Assembly: GCA_050115495.1 (NCBI GenBank)
Contig: JASFQK010000011.1
Span: forward strand, 1-64,000
DNA length: 64,000 nt
Direction of reading: 5' to 3'
DNA from: Phycisphaerae bacterium
GTDB lineage: Bacteria > Planctomycetota > Phycisphaerae > UBA1845 > Fen-1342
Shown here: positions 60,998 to 64,000 of the stretch, in pieces
Numbering within the stretch: position 1 is the first letter of the stretch
Layout of the letters: each line of letters starts with the position of its first letter
Program-made: the position numbers and the translations under genes
The notes under the pieces: model-generated
What the model saw: only the letters and a program-made list of their open reading frames with translations
What the model was told of the DNA's origin: nothing
The model's database searches: none

Positions 60998-62136
60998 TTC
61001 GAAGCACCTACGGCGCGGTCGGCCGCCGTCGCTTCAGTCGGTGTGCCGCACTCGGGACACACGCCAGTCGTGTTGCCCCTGAGATCATAGCCGCACTCGA
61101 AGCAGACCGGCCCTTCTCCGCCCGCGAGAGGCCGGCCTTTCGCGCGCAACACCGGCCACCAGTACCACAAGAGCACACCGATCATAAGAGAAGGCGGGCA
61201 TTGCACGAAGAGTTTGAAAACGACCTCCCTCACCGGTGACGGCTCCCAGGAGAAGCTGGCCGGGGGGGCTACGCAAGCCCAGTACACAATCGTGTTCGCG
61301 ACAACCACACCCCAGCGCACTACGTCACACGCGCATATGCGCCACATGGTTGATGCGAGAGACCTCCTCGTCGCTCTTATGCGCCAGCCGAGCACGAAAA
61401 GCAGCACCGGCCATGCAGCCATAAGCACGACCTCTACCGCAGATACCAGGTTCTCCGCAGAGTTGAACGAGTTCACGCTGCAAGCGAACCCCCATATATC
61501 GACGAGGCATTGCGGCCAGCCGCAGACCATGGCGAAACACAGGGCCGCGGCCATGATCAGTCGTCGCGTCAGGACCATCAAGCGCGGCCAAGAGGCCTCC
61601 TCCTGAGGTGCCCCAGGATCATCTCGCCGCAATCCTGCCACGTAGCCAGTCCGTGGCCAGCGGCGCACGGCGACAAGCAGTACGGCTGGAATGACGCAGG
61701 CCGACAGTGTTTGGAGGGCGACGTCCAGAGAGAACACGAAGAAGCCACCCTGAAAGTGCCTCCCGGCGGCCCACAGGCCGACAAAGAAACGGCAGTAAGT
61801 AATGCCCTGCACGAGCGACGAGAACGCTTGGTACGCGAGAGTCGCGTACACAAGCCGCCGACTCGAACACCAGCCGCGCAAGGCTGCCAGGCACAACAGG
61901 ATGGGCACGAGTGTGCCCGGGTTCCGCAGGAACCAGAGCGTCCACGACGATAGCAGCCTAAGCAGCGGCCAGCTCGTTTCCTGCCAGGATGTCCACGTTC
62001 GTGCCGGAGGAGACACGGCGTCACGCTCCCACAGCAACTCCCACCCAAACCACAGCGCCGCTGGCAGGCCGGCAGCCAGTAGCACGAGAGGCGCGAGGAA
62101 ACCCTCCTGCCTCCAGCGCGTTGTGTGATCTTTCAT
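60994..62136 (-). CDS. Multi-TM membrane protein with a C-terminal zinc ribbon
   Basis: Several hydrophobic segments; CFECGYDLRGNTTGVCPECGT. Confidence 0.75.
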   Translation of the reverse strand: MKDHTTRWRQEGFLAPLVLLAAGLPAALWFGWELLWERDAVSPPARTWTSWQETSWPLLRLLSSWTLWFLRNPGTLVPILLCLAALRGWCSSRRLVYATLAYQAFSSLVQGITYCRFFVGLWAAGRHFQGGFFVFSLDVALQTLSACVIPAVLLVAVRRWPRTGYVAGLRRDDPGAPQEEASWPRLMVLTRRLIMAAALCFAMVCGWPQCLVDIWGFACSVNSFNSAENLVSAVEVVLMAAWPVLLFVLGWRIRATRRSLASTMWRICACDVVRWGVVVANTIVYWACVAPPASFSWEPSPVREVVFKLFVQCPPSLMIGVLLWYWWPVLRAKGRPLAGGEGPVCFECGYDLRGNTTGVCPECGTPTEATAADRAVGASK

Positions 62137-62196
62137 ATCCACGACTGGCTTGGCAGACCCTCGTCGCTTGTCGAGTAAACGGCACTTGCCGAATCG

Positions 62197-63855
62197 CTAC
62201 GGCGTCGCCGGCGGCGCGTCTGATTCGTTCGGCAGGGGTTCCCAGAAGCCGAAGTTCTCCTCTTCGAGATGGCAGTAGCCCGTGGCACCGTACTGCGCGT
62301 CGGAGTTGTAGCCCCAGCGCAGGTACTCCGAGTCGCCGCCGCCTTGCGTGGTGATCAGGAACCGATTAGCCAGTTCGCCGAAGCCGCGGGCTTGGTCGGC
62401 TGGCGACTTCGCATCGCCGCGATTCGCATCGACCGGTACCCACCCGTAGTTCGGCAGGTACACCTGCGCCCAGCGGTGGAACGCTTCGTCCACGCTGGCA
62501 TCGTCGCCGCGAACGACGACGCTGCCCTGGTACCGCGCCGGCAGGCCTGCCGCCCGGCACAGGGCGATGAACGCGAACGTGTATTCCGAGCACGAGCCGC
62601 TGCCCCGCCGCAGCACCACCTCCGGCACGTCCCAGCCGCCGACCATCTCGTATTCGAGCTTGTCGATCACGTGGTTGAAGATCTTGCGAGCGATCCAGTA
62701 GGGGTTCTGCTCGTTGCCGACCACCCGGCGAACCGTATCGCGGATGAACGGGCTGTCCAGCCGGTAACGTGAGCCGTCGACCGTGTACGCCTCGCGGATC
62801 TCCGCCGGTATGTCGGCCAGCGTGCCCGTCTTCTCCGGGATGATGAGGTAACGAATCGCTGAGACCTCGACGTTGACGCCGTAGCTCACGACGGCCTTCT
62901 GCCCGGCGGGAACGGTCGCCAGCTCGAAGCACTGGCACGGCTGTCCCCAGCGGTCGGTCTCGGGCGCCATCGCCGCCCGCGTCCCCGCCGCCGGGCAGGC
63001 GTATTCCGGTTCCGACAACAGCTTCTGATTCGGCAATGTCACCGGCACGGCGAGGTTCACGCGCACATCGCGCACCTCGCCCGGCCCGTAGTTGTACAGC
63101 GCCCACATGTACTCGACGTGCGCCCGCCGCGTATCGCTCAGCCGGTACATCGGCGTGTCGTGCACCTTGAGGGCGTAGACCTGCCGCGTCTGGAAATCGA
63201 CGTTCCACAGGTGGCCGTCGTGCCAGGCCACGCCGGCGGCGTACGGCCCCGGGGCGGGCAGGATGCCGACGACCGTCCCGTCGTCCGGCACGATCATGTA
63301 CAGCTCATCCGCGACGCGGTTCGCGGCCCACAGGTACCGGCCGTCGTACGTCAGGCAGGTGCAGTTGCGGTCGGGCACGTCGAAGTAGCCGAGGATCGTC
63401 CCGTCCTCCGGCAGCACCTTGTAGATCTTGCGGCTGCGGCCTTCGAGGATGAACAGATGCTCGCCGTCCCAGGCCAGCCCGGACGCGTCGTTGCCCGGAG
63501 CCTTGAACGATCGCTCGACCATGCCGGTCTCCGGGTTGAAGGCGTAGATCTGCCCCGTGTGATCGTCGCCGATGTAGAGCAGCCCGCCGCCGGCGGCGAG
63601 ACCCTGTGGTTTCAGCGTTGGGGCGTCCCACGTCTTGTCGACGGACCCATCCGCCGGTTTGAGGCGGTAGAGCTTGGCCTCGCGCCAGTCCAGCAGGTAC
63701 AGGTACGTGCCGTCGGAGGCCAGGCCGGCGGGGTAGCGGCAGGGGGCGGCAAACGAGCGTTCGACGTCACCGGGTGCGCCCGAGGCCGGGGATATGAGGA
63801 CCAGGATCCCAATCACGAGCAGGGCGGAGTAGGCGTATCGCGGCAGCATTGGCAT
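62197..63855 (-). CDS. Exported beta-propeller (GLAWDG repeats) plus transglutaminase-like protein
   Basis: GGAGG RBS; GLASDG, GLAWDG, LTYDG and GVAWHDG blades; triad GSCSE / FHRWAQVY / WVPVDAN. Confidence 0.9.
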   Translation of the reverse strand: MPMLPRYAYSALLVIGILVLISPASGAPGDVERSFAAPCRYPAGLASDGTYLYLLDWREAKLYRLKPADGSVDKTWDAPTLKPQGLAAGGGLLYIGDDHTGQIYAFNPETGMVERSFKAPGNDASGLAWDGEHLFILEGRSRKIYKVLPEDGTILGYFDVPDRNCTCLTYDGRYLWAANRVADELYMIVPDDGTVVGILPAPGPYAAGVAWHDGHLWNVDFQTRQVYALKVHDTPMYRLSDTRRAHVEYMWALYNYGPGEVRDVRVNLAVPVTLPNQKLLSEPEYACPAAGTRAAMAPETDRWGQPCQCFELATVPAGQKAVVSYGVNVEVSAIRYLIIPEKTGTLADIPAEIREAYTVDGSRYRLDSPFIRDTVRRVVGNEQNPYWIARKIFNHVIDKLEYEMVGGWDVPEVVLRRGSGSCSEYTFAFIALCRAAGLPARYQGSVVVRGDDASVDEAFHRWAQVYLPNYGWVPVDANRGDAKSPADQARGFGELANRFLITTQGGGDSEYLRWGYNSDAQYGATGYCHLEEENFGFWEPLPNESDAPPATP

Positions 63856-64000
63856 GATATACCTCCATAATCCACGAAGCCGGGCGCGATTGTACTGCCA
63901 ACGAGCCCGCCGGGGCGGGCACGTCCGATTCGCGGTGGCGATTCGCCGCGAACTTTTCCGCCGGCCGGCGCGACGTAGAGGGTGACAGCGTGTGGTTCGT

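Overview
High-GC bacterial window from a Planctomycetota genome, most likely class Phycisphaerae. This assignment rests on 16S signatures, the EF-Tu indel, PEP-CTERM and dockerin-like C-termini and a CxxCGYDL zinc-ribbon protein, all recognised by eye rather than by a database search. Left to right: nested IS remnants (1-330); a solitary 16S rRNA gene on the minus strand, with a 20-nt hairpin insertion and no linked 23S; housekeeping and secreted-protein genes (tsaC-LMW-PTP fusion, rpiB, esterase, mtnA); and an array of five tiny lipoprotein-like ORFs (12.4-13.6 kb). That array sits directly upstream of a ~23-kb MoxR/DUF58/vWA/DUF4175-like envelope gene cluster, which ends in one intact and two catalytically degenerate HtrA proteins and runs into lutABC. 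Further right: a lone HUH-Y1 transposase framed by perfect inverted repeats, a radical SAM gene, infA, a PEP-CTERM gene, a frameshifted prepilin-type gene, transglutaminase-like proteins, and the tRNA-Thr-tuf-rpmG-tRNA-Trp-secE-nusG-rplKAJL cluster, which is not followed by rpoB. A lower-GC islet at 59.8-62.1 kb may be an orphan toxin/immunity module. The best candidates for an undescribed system are the five-micro-lipoprotein array, its possible link to the MoxR cluster, and the active-plus-pseudo HtrA trio. All product calls come from motif recognition only, and many start codons were re-chosen from RBS or overlap evidence.
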